Assembly (NCBI GenBank): GCA_040263875.1
Contig: JBDQJI010000002.1
Coordinates: 18,847-82,846, forward strand
Origin: Alphaproteobacteria bacterium
GTDB taxonomy: Bacteria > Pseudomonadota > Alphaproteobacteria > Bin95
DNA: 64,000 nt
Reading direction: 5' to 3'
Shown here: positions 29,548-38,939 of the stretch, piece after piece
Numbering within the stretch: position 1 is the stretch's first letter
Layout: each line of letters opens with the position of its first letter
Notes under the pieces: generated by a model
Told to the model about the DNA's origin: nothing
Database searches by the model: none
Seen by the model: only the letters and a program-made list of their open reading frames with translations
Translations under genes and position numbers: made by a program

Positions 29548-30702
29548 TCAGGACGCCTTCTGCATGATTGCGACAGACCCGTCGCCTAAATCGCCATAGC
29601 CGGTGACGAGGCCGATATCCGCACCGGCCACTTGCGCCGCCCCGCCTTCACCGCGTAGCTGGCGGACCAGTTCATAAACATGGTTCATCCCAGCAATATG
29701 CGCCTGCGACAACAGCCCGCCATGGGTATTGGTTGGCAATTCACCACCCAGCCGGATACGCCCGCCCTCAACATAAGCCCCACCTTCGCCCTTCTTGCAG
29801 AAGCCAAGGTCCTCCAGCTCACAGATGACCATATAGGTGAAGCAGTCATAGATTTGCGCCACGTCGATATCAGCGTGTTTGACGCCTGCCATCTCAAACG
29901 CACGCGGTGCGGCCTTTGCGAGACCAAGCGTCATCAGATCCGGACGTTGGGTGATGGTACTGGGGGAGTCTGGATGGCCTTCCGCGACACCAAGAATGGT
30001 GACAGGGGCCCGTGAATCCTTCGCCCGGTCTGCCGCGCTGACGATAACCGCCGTGCCGCCGTCGCTCTCTAAGCAGCAATCGAACAGGCGGAAAGGGTCA
30101 GAGATCATGCGACTGGCGTGGTGGTCCTCCACCGTCATCGGCTTCTTCATAATGGCGTTGTCATTCAGCATTGCATGTTCGCGCATGGTGACGGCGATTT
30201 CTGCAAACTGATCTTCATTCGTGCCGTAAAGCTCCATATGGCGCCGGGCCATCGGCGCGTAGAGCTGTGCGGGCGCAATGGCACCGATAGGATTTTCAAA
30301 CTCGCTGATCTGGCGGAATTGCGGCATGGCAGCGATCCGGTTCGCGACCCGGGAGTCTGATGCTCCACGACGGCCAAGCACGACCAACACATGGTTACAT
30401 ACCCCTGCTGCAATCACTGCAGCGGCGCATTGTAGTGCCGCCACAGGGCTGGCCCCACCCATTGGGGTTTGGGCAGAGAACCGAACATCGGTCAAATTCA
30501 GGCCGGTCATAATTTCTTCGCCAACTGGGCCAAGCGAATAGGGGATGACGCCATCGATGTCATTCGGCTTCAAACCGGCATCAATAATCGCCTTCAATGA
30601 AGCTTCGAGCATGAGGCCGATAGAGCTTTTATCTGCGCTCCTGGAATACTCAGTCTCGCCGATGCCCGTTATGGCCGCTTTGCCATTTAAACTATCCGCC
30701 AT
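29548..30702 (-). CDS. Thiolase-like protein (SCP-x/Ltp2 type)
   Basis: AAITGIGET, DCCLESDGG, YDCFT, NTHGGLLSQAH; MGGAS at the usual nucleophile Cys position. Confidence 0.9.
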   Translation of the reverse strand: MADSLNGKAAITGIGETEYSRSADKSSIGLMLEASLKAIIDAGLKPNDIDGVIPYSLGPVGEEIMTGLNLTDVRFSAQTPMGGASPVAALQCAAAVIAAGVCNHVLVVLGRRGASDSRVANRIAAMPQFRQISEFENPIGAIAPAQLYAPMARRHMELYGTNEDQFAEIAVTMREHAMLNDNAIMKKPMTVEDHHASRMISDPFRLFDCCLESDGGTAVIVSAADRAKDSRAPVTILGVAEGHPDSPSTITQRPDLMTLGLAKAAPRAFEMAGVKHADIDVAQIYDCFTYMVICELEDLGFCKKGEGGAYVEGGRIRLGGELPTNTHGGLLSQAHIAGMNHVYELVRQLRGEGGAAQVAGADIGLVTGYGDLGDGSVAIMQKAS

Positions 30703-30747
30703 GACTTGGCTCCTTCCTTATTCAAAGACGTACTAAATGTGCAAAGG

Positions 30748-31890
30748 CTAACCGCCAAAGCTAGTCTTGGACAGGCGCTCCAACGTATCCGCAAGCTCGA
30801 CCTGCATGTCGTACATAACCTGACGTACGCTGGTTTCTTCCTTCATCGCGCCAACAACCTGTCCTGCAGGGAAGGAATAGAGGTCCGCCCGCTCAGCCCG
30901 GATGACGCGGGCCGTCGCTTCATTGAACAGGATACCTTGTAGCGGCGAGCCCAGATATTCAGGGGCACCCGGCGCTTCCCATACTTCAGAAAGCTTAGAC
31001 CGCAGCATGCGCACTGTCTTGCCAGTGCGACAGCGGCGGCGCACTGCATCCTCCGTCTCCGCATCGAAATAGGCTTGGCGCTCGAACGGCGTCAGCTCAC
31101 TTTCCCGCGTTCCAAGCCATACAGTGCCGCACCACACGCCTTCCGCGCCCAGCGCCAAGGCGGCTGCAATCTGGCTGCCACGCGCGAATCCACCGGCGGC
31201 GATCACAGGTATTTCTCCCCCCACAGCGTCAATCACCTGGGGGACAAGCACCAGCGTTGCGATTTCGCCCGTATGGCCGCCTGCCTCCGTGCCTTGGGCG
31301 ATAATGACGTCAACGCCCGCTGCCTTATGCCGGGCTGCATGCTTTGGCCGGCCGCACATAGCTCCGATGGTGATGTCGTGGGCGCGTAGCTTTTCAACCA
31401 CATCCGGCGGCGGTGCGCCAAGCGCACTCACAACGAAACGGACCTGTGGGTGGCGTAACGTTACCTCCAGCAAACGGCGCGCGCCGTCTGGCGTCATTGC
31501 ACCCCGGCCCGCGACGATTTCATCGTTGATATGGGCCCGGTCTTCATCGGGCAATTCCGGAACGCCTTCGTCGTCCAACACTTTATCAATGAAGGATTTA
31601 TGCTCATCCGGGATCAAGTCATGGAGATCAATCTTGCCGAAGGAGTCTTCTGCTTCCGTGTTATAATTGCCCGGAATAATCACATCGACGCCGTAGGGGC
31701 GACCATCCACGTGGGCGTCAATCCACGCCAGCTCGACCTCTAACTGCTCTGGGCTGAACGTCGACGCGCCAAGCACACCATATCCGCCCGCTTTCGTTAC
31801 CTCGACCACGACATCGCGGCAATGCGAGAACGCGAATATCGGCGTCTCAAACCCAAGCATATCGCGCAAGCTCATACCTTCATTCTCCAT
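30748..31890 (-). CDS. Nitronate monooxygenase / FabK-like FMN oxidoreductase
   Basis: FAFSHCRDVV, QGTEAGGHTG, AAGG, GAEGVWCGTVWL, GQVVG. Confidence 0.88.
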   Translation of the reverse strand: MENEGMSLRDMLGFETPIFAFSHCRDVVVEVTKAGGYGVLGASTFSPEQLEVELAWIDAHVDGRPYGVDVIIPGNYNTEAEDSFGKIDLHDLIPDEHKSFIDKVLDDEGVPELPDEDRAHINDEIVAGRGAMTPDGARRLLEVTLRHPQVRFVVSALGAPPPDVVEKLRAHDITIGAMCGRPKHAARHKAAGVDVIIAQGTEAGGHTGEIATLVLVPQVIDAVGGEIPVIAAGGFARGSQIAAALALGAEGVWCGTVWLGTRESELTPFERQAYFDAETEDAVRRRCRTGKTVRMLRSKLSEVWEAPGAPEYLGSPLQGILFNEATARVIRAERADLYSFPAGQVVGAMKEETSVRQVMYDMQVELADTLERLSKTSFGG

Positions 31891-32125
31891 TTCGGCGCTT
31901 TGATATTCTGCAGCAGCGGGCTGGTGTGGTGCCTCCTGCGCACTGCAAACTTGCGCCTTTCACGTGGTTAACGCAGCTTGCAAAGGGCGCACAAGTTTGT
32001 CTAGGCTTTCAGGCAGAGGCGGGCTTACCCGTCCGATCCGTACGAATGTTGCACTTCTTTAGCGCTCAACGTTCGACAAAATCGGCCGTGATCCAGCGGC
32101 CAAACTGGGAGGAGAAATCCTTATC

Positions 32126-33181
32126 ATGAAGCAACTTTGGAAAGTCGCCCTCGGCGGCGCAGCTGCTCTGGCTCTCGCCAGCGGCCCGGCCATTGCCGAC
32201 AAGCACAGTATGAAAGTGGTTGATGGCCCTCGTGTTCACTGGGATTATGCGCTCTGGGGCAAGTCCCGCGCGATTACCCGTTATCAAGAAAACATGGAAA
32301 AGTGGCTGCCTGAAATGACAGGCGGCAAGTTCACCTTCCAAATCCATTGGGGCACGCTTTCCAAGCCGCGCGCCGTGCTGGATAACCTGAAAGCTGGCTC
32401 CTTCCAGATGGGCAATTTCTGCGCCTCATACTATCCAGGCAAGCTTTCAGCGCATACCGGCATGGACCTTCCGTTCCTGCCGATCGATAACCTGAACATG
32501 CTCAAAAATGTGACGCATGAATATTATGACCACCCGACACTGCAGGGCGAAATGAAGAAATGGAACGCGCGGTTCCACATGTCTTCTCTGCTGCCGCTGT
32601 ATGAAATCGTCGGCAAAGGCGATGTGCCAACGTCCTTGAATGATTTCAAAGGCATGCGCATCCGCTCCCTCGGTCAGCAAGGTAAGGCCATGGCCAAGCT
32701 CGGCGCAGTACCGACCAGCGTTCCAGCGCCGGAAGTGTACACCTCGCTTGATCGCGGCCTGCTCGATGCAGCCGGCTTTGCGTACTATGCCCATAAATCT
32801 TATCGGACATTCGAACTCGGCAACTGGTTCACCAGCGGCTTGGCTGTCGGCTCCATCGCCTGCGGTTCCATGATGAACCTGGACGACTGGAACGCGCTTC
32901 CTCCGCAGTACCAAGCGCTGATGAAACAGTTCGAAGACAGCGACGCTGGCTATAAAGCCCAGATTAGCAGCCTTGAAGCAACGGAAGCAGCCACACCGGC
33001 TGAATTCGTGAAAGCTGGCCTGACGGAATGGAAGGTCAACAAAGAAGAACGCGCAGCATTCGAAGCAGTCGGCGGTAAGCCGGTCTGGGAAGACTGGGCG
33101 AAAGAGATGACTGAAGAAGGTTACGACGGCCAAGATCTGTTGAACACCATCCACTCATCCATCAAGAAGCATGGCGGCTGA
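32126..33181 (+). CDS. dctP: TRAP transporter substrate-binding protein DctP
   Basis: Signal peptide; DFKGMRIR (conserved Arg), LGAVP...APEVYTSLDRGLLD; GGAGGAG SD. Confidence 0.9.
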   Translation: MKQLWKVALGGAAALALASGPAIADKHSMKVVDGPRVHWDYALWGKSRAITRYQENMEKWLPEMTGGKFTFQIHWGTLSKPRAVLDNLKAGSFQMGNFCASYYPGKLSAHTGMDLPFLPIDNLNMLKNVTHEYYDHPTLQGEMKKWNARFHMSSLLPLYEIVGKGDVPTSLNDFKGMRIRSLGQQGKAMAKLGAVPTSVPAPEVYTSLDRGLLDAAGFAYYAHKSYRTFELGNWFTSGLAVGSIACGSMMNLDDWNALPPQYQALMKQFEDSDAGYKAQISSLEATEAATPAEFVKAGLTEWKVNKEERAAFEAVGGKPVWEDWAKEMTEEGYDGQDLLNTIHSSIKKHGG

Positions 33182-33205
33182 TCTAATTCACCGCCTTTGA
33201 ATACC

Positions 33206-33250
33206 CCTGCCCGGCCGGGCTTGGCGCATGTCGCCATCCGGCTGGGCAGG
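33206..33250 (+). other. Stem-loop between dctP and dctQ (transcript stabiliser or partial terminator)
   Basis: CCTGCCCGGCCGG...CCGGCTGGGCAGG followed by TTTCTT. Confidence 0.55.
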
Positions 33251-33319
33251 TTTCTTCAAATTTCCTAACTCGACCGACATAGCAGCATTCGTGCAGCATT
33301 CGGAGCCGGAGTTCCCCCA

Positions 33320-33961
33320 ATGGTGTTGCCAGTAAGCGACACGCCGTTCGCCAAACTTGATCGTGGCTACCACATGATTGAGAAAACGCTGAACTACGTT
33401 GCCGCCGCCTTCCTGTTTTCGCTAATGCTTCTGGGTTGCGCCGAAGTGCTTATGCGGAAACTCTTCAATTCGCCGATCCACGGACAGGCGGACCTTGTGG
33501 AAATCATGATTCCCACCATGGGTTTCTTTGGCCTGGCCTATTGCCAGCGCCTTGCCGGCCACGTGCGGATGGAATTGCTGATCCACCGTTTGAAAGGCCG
33601 TGCGCTCTGGATTTTTGAGTTCTGCGGCAATCTCGCAACGCTGGCGATTGTCGCTGTGATGATCTTCGGCACTTGGCAGAATTTCCTGAATGCTTGGGTG
33701 CTTGGTGATAGCAGCATGGACGCGCAAATCCCTGTATGGCCGCCCAAGCTGATCATTGTGCTTGGCTTCTGCCTCCTGTTTATCCGCTGCGCCATTTCCT
33801 TCTTTGGCTATATCCGCCTGATCCGCCATCCGGACGCAGAGCCGATTGGTGTGCCGATCAGCCCGACAGTCGCAGATATCGCCGAAAGCGAAGCCGAAGT
33901 CGCACGCGACGCAATCAAAGACGATATTGACGAGACACGCATTAAGGGGTCCGGCCAATGA
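33320..33961 (+). CDS. dctQ: TRAP transporter small permease DctQ
   Basis: About 4 TM segments, R.LFNSPI.G, GHVRMELL, P.WPPK. Confidence 0.9.
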   Translation: MVLPVSDTPFAKLDRGYHMIEKTLNYVAAAFLFSLMLLGCAEVLMRKLFNSPIHGQADLVEIMIPTMGFFGLAYCQRLAGHVRMELLIHRLKGRALWIFEFCGNLATLAIVAVMIFGTWQNFLNAWVLGDSSMDAQIPVWPPKLIIVLGFCLLFIRCAISFFGYIRLIRHPDAEPIGVPISPTVADIAESEAEVARDAIKDDIDETRIKGSGQ

Positions 33962-35322
33962 TGATCGAACCCATTACCGTTGGCCTGATCGGCCTCGGCT
34001 GTCTCGCTATTCTTGTGGTCATTGGCATGCAAGTCGCCTACGCAGGCGCACTTGTTGGCTTGATGGGCATTGTTGTCACCATTGGCGCGCGCCGTGTGCG
34101 CGATACGGGCGACTTTTGGGATATTCTGGACAAAGGCTGGGAGCCTGGGCTTAAGAACGCTGGCACCATCCCGTTCTCTGAATTGGCGCATTACTCGCTC
34201 TCGGTGCTGCCGATGTTTATCTTAATCGGATACATGGCGTTCCATGCCCGGCTGACCCAGGGCGCGTTCTATTGCATGCGCATGTGGTTCGGGCATCTGC
34301 CCGGCGGCCTGGCTATCGCGACCGTTTTCGCGACCGCAGCCTTCGCCGCCGTATCCGGCGCATCGACCGCCACGGCTGCCGTATTCAGCCGCATCGCCAT
34401 CCCGGAAATGCTGCGTTACGGCTATCCTCCTGGCTTCTCTGCCGGTGTTGTGGCTGCAGGCGGCACACTTGCCTCCCTCATCCCGCCGTCTGGCATTCTG
34501 GTGATCTACGCGATCATCGTTGAAGAATCTGTCGGCAAGCTGCTGATGGCAGGCTTCATCCCAGGCATCCTTTCGGCGATCATCTATGCGGGCTCGATTA
34601 TGGTCCGGGTTAAGCTGAACCCAGAGCTGGCCGGTGACCCCATCGGCAAGGTCACCATGAAGGAACGCTTCGCCTCCATGAGCCAGATGTGGGGCATCCT
34701 GTTTGTTGTCGCCATCATCATGGGCGGTGTGTATTCCGGCTGGATGACACCAACGGAATCAGGCGCTATCGGTGCCTTCGTCGTGTTCATGCTCGCGCTC
34801 AAGAATGGCATGAACAAGGACCAGTTCCTCAGCGGCCTAGCGGAAAGCGCCAAGACGGCGGTGATGATCATCACCATCATCTGGGGCATTTTGATCTTGG
34901 TGCGGTTCCTTGGCTTCTCTGATCTGCCCAACGTCATCAAGGATGAAATCACCAGCCTTGGCTGGAACCGCTACTGGATCCTGCTGATCATCCTGCTCAT
35001 GTATGCCGTGCTCGGCATGTTCATGGACGCGATTGGCATGCTGTTGCTTACACTGCCGCTCGTGCAGCCGCTGGTCATAGCGCTTGGGTTCGACCCGATC
35101 TGGTTCGGCATTATCGTCGTGAAAATGGTGGAGATCTGCCTGATTACCCCACCGATTGGATTGAACTGTTTCGTTGTGGCTGGGGTCAGACCGGATATAC
35201 CTCTAGGATCAATCTTTAAGGGTATCTGGTGGTTCTTCATCTGTGACGTGCTGACAGTCGCCTTGTTCGTGGCCTTCCCGAACATCGTGCTGTGGCTGCC
35301 GAACAACATGCTTGGCAGATGA
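33958..35322 (+). CDS. dctM: TRAP transporter large permease DctM
   Basis: LPMFIL.G, GGLA, SGASTATAA, GGTLASLIPPS, ITPPIGLN.FV; ATGA overlap. Confidence 0.93.
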   Translation: MMIEPITVGLIGLGCLAILVVIGMQVAYAGALVGLMGIVVTIGARRVRDTGDFWDILDKGWEPGLKNAGTIPFSELAHYSLSVLPMFILIGYMAFHARLTQGAFYCMRMWFGHLPGGLAIATVFATAAFAAVSGASTATAAVFSRIAIPEMLRYGYPPGFSAGVVAAGGTLASLIPPSGILVIYAIIVEESVGKLLMAGFIPGILSAIIYAGSIMVRVKLNPELAGDPIGKVTMKERFASMSQMWGILFVVAIIMGGVYSGWMTPTESGAIGAFVVFMLALKNGMNKDQFLSGLAESAKTAVMIITIIWGILILVRFLGFSDLPNVIKDEITSLGWNRYWILLIILLMYAVLGMFMDAIGMLLLTLPLVQPLVIALGFDPIWFGIIVVKMVEICLITPPIGLNCFVVAGVRPDIPLGSIFKGIWWFFICDVLTVALFVAFPNIVLWLPNNMLGR

Positions 35323-35323
35323 C

Positions 35324-35371
35324 GTAATGACTGTCCCCGCGCGCCATGCCGGCGCGCGGGGACAACATTAC
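35324..35371. other. Long GC-rich hairpin directly after dctM
   Basis: TGTCCCCGCGCGCC-ATGCC-GGCGCGCGGGGACA (14-bp perfect stem) extended by GTAATG/CATTAC; no U-tract. Confidence 0.65.
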
Positions 35372-35521
35372 GAAGCTTTCATGTTTCGGACATAATGGCG
35401 TTAAGCAGCGTCTGGCATAGTCCAGTCATCGAATTTGAACTGACATCCGCTCCTTGCGGTAAGCGCCCTGCCCAGGCTCTGCCCGCCACACAGAATTTGC
35501 TCCTGATTTACCTGCCTCGAG

Positions 35522-35553
35522 AAACCCTCAGCGTTCAAGCGCTGGGGGTTTTT
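35522..35553 (+). terminator. Intrinsic terminator (plus-strand orientation favoured)
   Basis: AAACCCTCAGCG-loop-CGCTGGGGGTTTTT; the U-G wobble pairs only on the plus strand. Confidence 0.7.
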
Positions 35554-35569
35554 CGGTTCTGGTGTGGCA

Positions 35570-36313
35570 CTAAGAGCTTTTCGTCTCCGTTGGCGGAGTA
35601 ATCTTCCGGTTCGGTCCAAACCGCCCCGTTTCAATCCCTGGCGCGCAGCCAAGGCCAGCAAACTTGCAGCCAGCATCTTGCAGGATGCTGAAATAGTTCT
35701 GCCGAAGCTCTAGCCGTAATCCTGTGAGCGGCTGCCTATTGGCGGATTTGCACGCGGCCCCGTCCTCTACAGCAAGCACAGCGCCATCAGCGAATGTGCA
35801 AGTCATCTGGAGGCGGTAATGATTAGTCCCAAATATGGCGACACTAACGGCGTGCAGCGGGTGCCCTGGCCCATTGGCATCATGGTCCACCGGGCAGGCC
35901 GCTTTCTCACCCGGCGGCGGCAGGATCGCTTTGGCGGGTAGGGCCAAAGTTTCCGAACACCGGAGCGCTACAGACTCACCACCCTTGGTCGCGCCCGGCC
36001 CATATTTGGCCGCACCAAATCGCACCCACACATGGTCAATGCGCGCCTGACCTGCATCGAGCAGATCGCCCGCTTCGCCCGCAACCTGCTTCAGCGGCTG
36101 GCACAATCCCGCCGCATCTTCCTTGCAGATGCGGACGCCATAATCGAGCGGTGGCGGGGCGGGCGGTAGATAAACTGCAACGCCCACCATCACCGCCGCT
36201 GCAATTGCAAGCGCAACAGAAGACTTCCACGCAATTTCAACAGCACCTGGCGTCGATAACGCCCGGATAATCGCCTTTAAGCGGCCCAAGCCAAGTAATT
36301 GACTGGCTCGCAC
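35570..36313 (-). CDS. Hypothetical membrane-anchored, Cys-rich protein
   Basis: 247 aa; one N-terminal TM segment, Pro linker, 8 Cys; starts 14 nt after the enoyl-CoA hydratase stop. Confidence 0.65.
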   Translation of the reverse strand: MRASQLLGLGRLKAIIRALSTPGAVEIAWKSSVALAIAAAVMVGVAVYLPPAPPPLDYGVRICKEDAAGLCQPLKQVAGEAGDLLDAGQARIDHVWVRFGAAKYGPGATKGGESVALRCSETLALPAKAILPPPGEKAACPVDHDANGPGHPLHAVSVAIFGTNHYRLQMTCTFADGAVLAVEDGAACKSANRQPLTGLRLELRQNYFSILQDAGCKFAGLGCAPGIETGRFGPNRKITPPTETKSS

Positions 36314-36326
36314 CCGCTTGGCTCAA

Positions 36327-37127
36327 TCAGCGACCGGTAAACGCTGGTTTCCGCTTCTCCATGAAAGCCGTCTGGCCCTCTTTGTAATCGTCGCTGGCGA
36401 AGCAAGCATCGACCATTGCGTCCAGTTTGGCAAAATCACGGTCAGCTTCATGGGCCAGTGCGGTTTGGATCGCATAATTGGCCGCAGCGATTGTGAGCGG
36501 CGCGTTTTCGGCAATCATCCCGGCATATTCACGGGTTTTGGCTTCAAGGCCATCCAACGTCGTCAAGTGATTGATCAGCCCCATGTGAAAGGCCTCTTCC
36601 GCCGAATATTTCCGGCCCGTGAAGAAAATATCCTTCGCATAGGCAGGCCCGACCAGGCTCACCAACCGCTTCATGCCAGGATAGCGATAGCCCAGCCCAA
36701 GCTTGGCTGCGGGCACAGCATAGACCGTATTATCCGCCGCAATGCGGATGTCGGCTGAGAGCGCAACCGCCAATCCACCACCAATGCAGAAGCCCTGGAT
36801 CATGGCGATCAACGGCTTGTCGAAGCTTTCGATGGCGGCGTAAGCGGCGTCGCTTGTGGCATTGTAAAGCTTGGATTGCTCTTCGCCGGTGCGCTTTTCC
36901 GCGAACTCAGAAATATCTGCGCCGGATACGAACGCCTTATCGCCAGCGCCCTTCACGACACAGCAGCGCACATCATCCCGCGCGCTCAATTCTGCGAAAA
37001 TCTTCGGGATAGCGACCCACATTTCCCACATCACGGCATTCCGCCGCTCAGGATTGTTGAACGTGACCCAACCGACGCCGTCGATCACTTCGACGATCAT
37101 CTTCTCCGTACCGAAATCAAGTTTCAT
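36327..37127 (-). CDS. Enoyl-CoA hydratase/isomerase family protein
   Basis: NNPERRNA, AFVSGADISEF, GFCIGGG, PAAKLGLGY, DYKEGQTAFMEKRKP.F.GR. Confidence 0.93.
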   Translation of the reverse strand: MKLDFGTEKMIVEVIDGVGWVTFNNPERRNAVMWEMWVAIPKIFAELSARDDVRCCVVKGAGDKAFVSGADISEFAEKRTGEEQSKLYNATSDAAYAAIESFDKPLIAMIQGFCIGGGLAVALSADIRIAADNTVYAVPAAKLGLGYRYPGMKRLVSLVGPAYAKDIFFTGRKYSAEEAFHMGLINHLTTLDGLEAKTREYAGMIAENAPLTIAAANYAIQTALAHEADRDFAKLDAMVDACFASDDYKEGQTAFMEKRKPAFTGR

Positions 37128-37151
37128 AAGCTTTTGCTTTCAATTCAGGCT

Positions 37152-38333
37152 TTATACAGCGCCGCCATCACGCAATGTCGCGATCGCTGCCGCGTCATAG
37201 CCCAAGTCTTGCAAGATTTCATCCGTATGCTCGCCTTGCTCTGGTGTGGCAGTGCGGATGGAGGATGGCGTGCGGGACATCTTGATCGCCTGGTTGACGA
37301 TCTCGAATTCACCCATGCGCGGATGCTGCAACGGCACCGCCATCTGGACATGCTGGACCTGGGCATCTGCAAAAACCTGATCCATCGAATAGATCGGGCC
37401 GCAGGGGCACCCGGCAGCGTTCAAATGGTTAATCCAATGCTCAGACGAGTTGGTGCGCGTAACGGCATCAATCGCAGCATTCATGGCTTTCCGGTTTTCA
37501 GACCGAAGCGGCCCTGTTGCGAAATCAGGATGGTCCTTCAATTCCGGCGCACCAAGCGCATCACAGAAGCGCTCGTAGATTTCCTGGCCTGCAACGGCGA
37601 TATTGACGTGGCCATCCGCCGTTTCAAACACGCCCGTCGGGATCGATGTCGGATGATCATTACCGGCTGACTTGGGCACGTCGCCATTCTTCAGGTACCG
37701 TGCCGCCTGGAAATCCAGCATCTGAATTTGCGCTTCAAGCAGTGATGTCTGCACCCACTGGCCTTTGCTGGACGCTTCCCGTTCGAGAAGGGCTAGCATG
37801 ATGCCCTGGGCGCAGAACATGCCCGCACACAAATCCGCCACCGGAATGCCGACGCGCATCGGGCCACCGCCTGCTTCGCCGGTGATGCTCATCAGGCCGC
37901 CCATGCCTTGGGCGATCTGGTCAAATCCAGGCCTGTCGGCATAAGGCCCATCCTGCCCAAAACCGGAGATTGAGCCAAGAATGATGCCCGGATTGATCTT
38001 GGCCAGGCTGTCATAATCGATCTTCAGGCGGTTCTTCACATCCGCCCGAAAGTTCTCGACCACAACATCAGCCTGCTCGATCAGCTTGTAGAAAACAGCC
38101 AAGCCTTCCGGCGCTTTCAGGTTCAGCGTGAGGGAGCGCTTGTTGCGGTGCAGGTTCTGGAAGTCAAACCCATCGCGAGCGCCGCCGAGGCCTTCTTTGC
38201 CATCAGGCGGGGCCTCAACCTTGATGACATCCGCACCCCAGTCCGCCAATTGGCGCACACATGTGGGGCCGGATCGCACCCGCGTTAAGTCCAGCACCCT
38301 GTACCGCGAAAGCGGCATACCGGTCGTCGCCAT
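37152..38333 (-). CDS. CaiB/BaiF class III CoA-transferase
   Basis: VLDLTRVRSGP, GADVIKVE, NKRSLTLNLK, ENFR, SGFGQDGPY..RPGFDQIAQ. Confidence 0.93.
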   Translation of the reverse strand: MATTGMPLSRYRVLDLTRVRSGPTCVRQLADWGADVIKVEAPPDGKEGLGGARDGFDFQNLHRNKRSLTLNLKAPEGLAVFYKLIEQADVVVENFRADVKNRLKIDYDSLAKINPGIILGSISGFGQDGPYADRPGFDQIAQGMGGLMSITGEAGGGPMRVGIPVADLCAGMFCAQGIMLALLEREASSKGQWVQTSLLEAQIQMLDFQAARYLKNGDVPKSAGNDHPTSIPTGVFETADGHVNIAVAGQEIYERFCDALGAPELKDHPDFATGPLRSENRKAMNAAIDAVTRTNSSEHWINHLNAAGCPCGPIYSMDQVFADAQVQHVQMAVPLQHPRMGEFEIVNQAIKMSRTPSSIRTATPEQGEHTDEILQDLGYDAAAIATLRDGGAV

Positions 38334-38411
38334 TGGTCTCATCCCAATTCTTGAAGTGAATTCTCAGTCCCGCAAAAGCTACTTTATGCAGGCCTCTGCG
38401 CCTAGCAGAAA

Positions 38412-38891
38412 CTAATCCGCCGTTGCATCCCGTTGCTCTTGGCTCGCCATCATACGAACAGCCTCATAGGTCAGCACGATCTCACCATTTTGATTGATCG
38501 CATCATTGCGGGTTTTGACGATGCCGCGCCCGCCTTTGCTCGTCTCGCGGACAGACAGCACCTCGACCTCGCAGTGAATGGTGTCGCCAACATTGGTCGG
38601 GCCAACGGTTTTCATGGTGGTTTCCAGCATGGCGAGGCCAGTCATCTGCATGGTGCCTTGCACCAGCAGGCCCTCGCAGAAGCAATACACCAATGCACCA
38701 GGCACGGGTCGGCCACCCTTGATGGCACCATGCCGGTCATTAAATGTTGCGTCCGTGAAGATCATCTCGACCATGCCGGTTGCGTTGATGAAGTTCACCA
38801 AATCCGCTTCCGTGATGGTGCGGTTGATGGTTTTCAGCTTATCGCCAGCTTTCAGTTCATCCCAGCCAATGCCGAGGCCCACTACGCGCAT
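38412..38891 (-). CDS. MaoC-like (R)-hydratase, hot-dog fold
   Basis: RTITEADLVNF, VPGAL, GDTIHCEVEV, NQNGE.VL.Y; start ATG 38891 with GGAGAG SD. Confidence 0.88.
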   Translation of the reverse strand: MRVVGLGIGWDELKAGDKLKTINRTITEADLVNFINATGMVEMIFTDATFNDRHGAIKGGRPVPGALVYCFCEGLLVQGTMQMTGLAMLETTMKTVGPTNVGDTIHCEVEVLSVRETSKGGRGIVKTRNDAINQNGEIVLTYEAVRMMASQEQRDATAD

Positions 38892-38939
38892 GCGTCTCTC
38901 TCCCAAAGTAGAAATATGAATAGTCAGGTCTGTGAAAAC

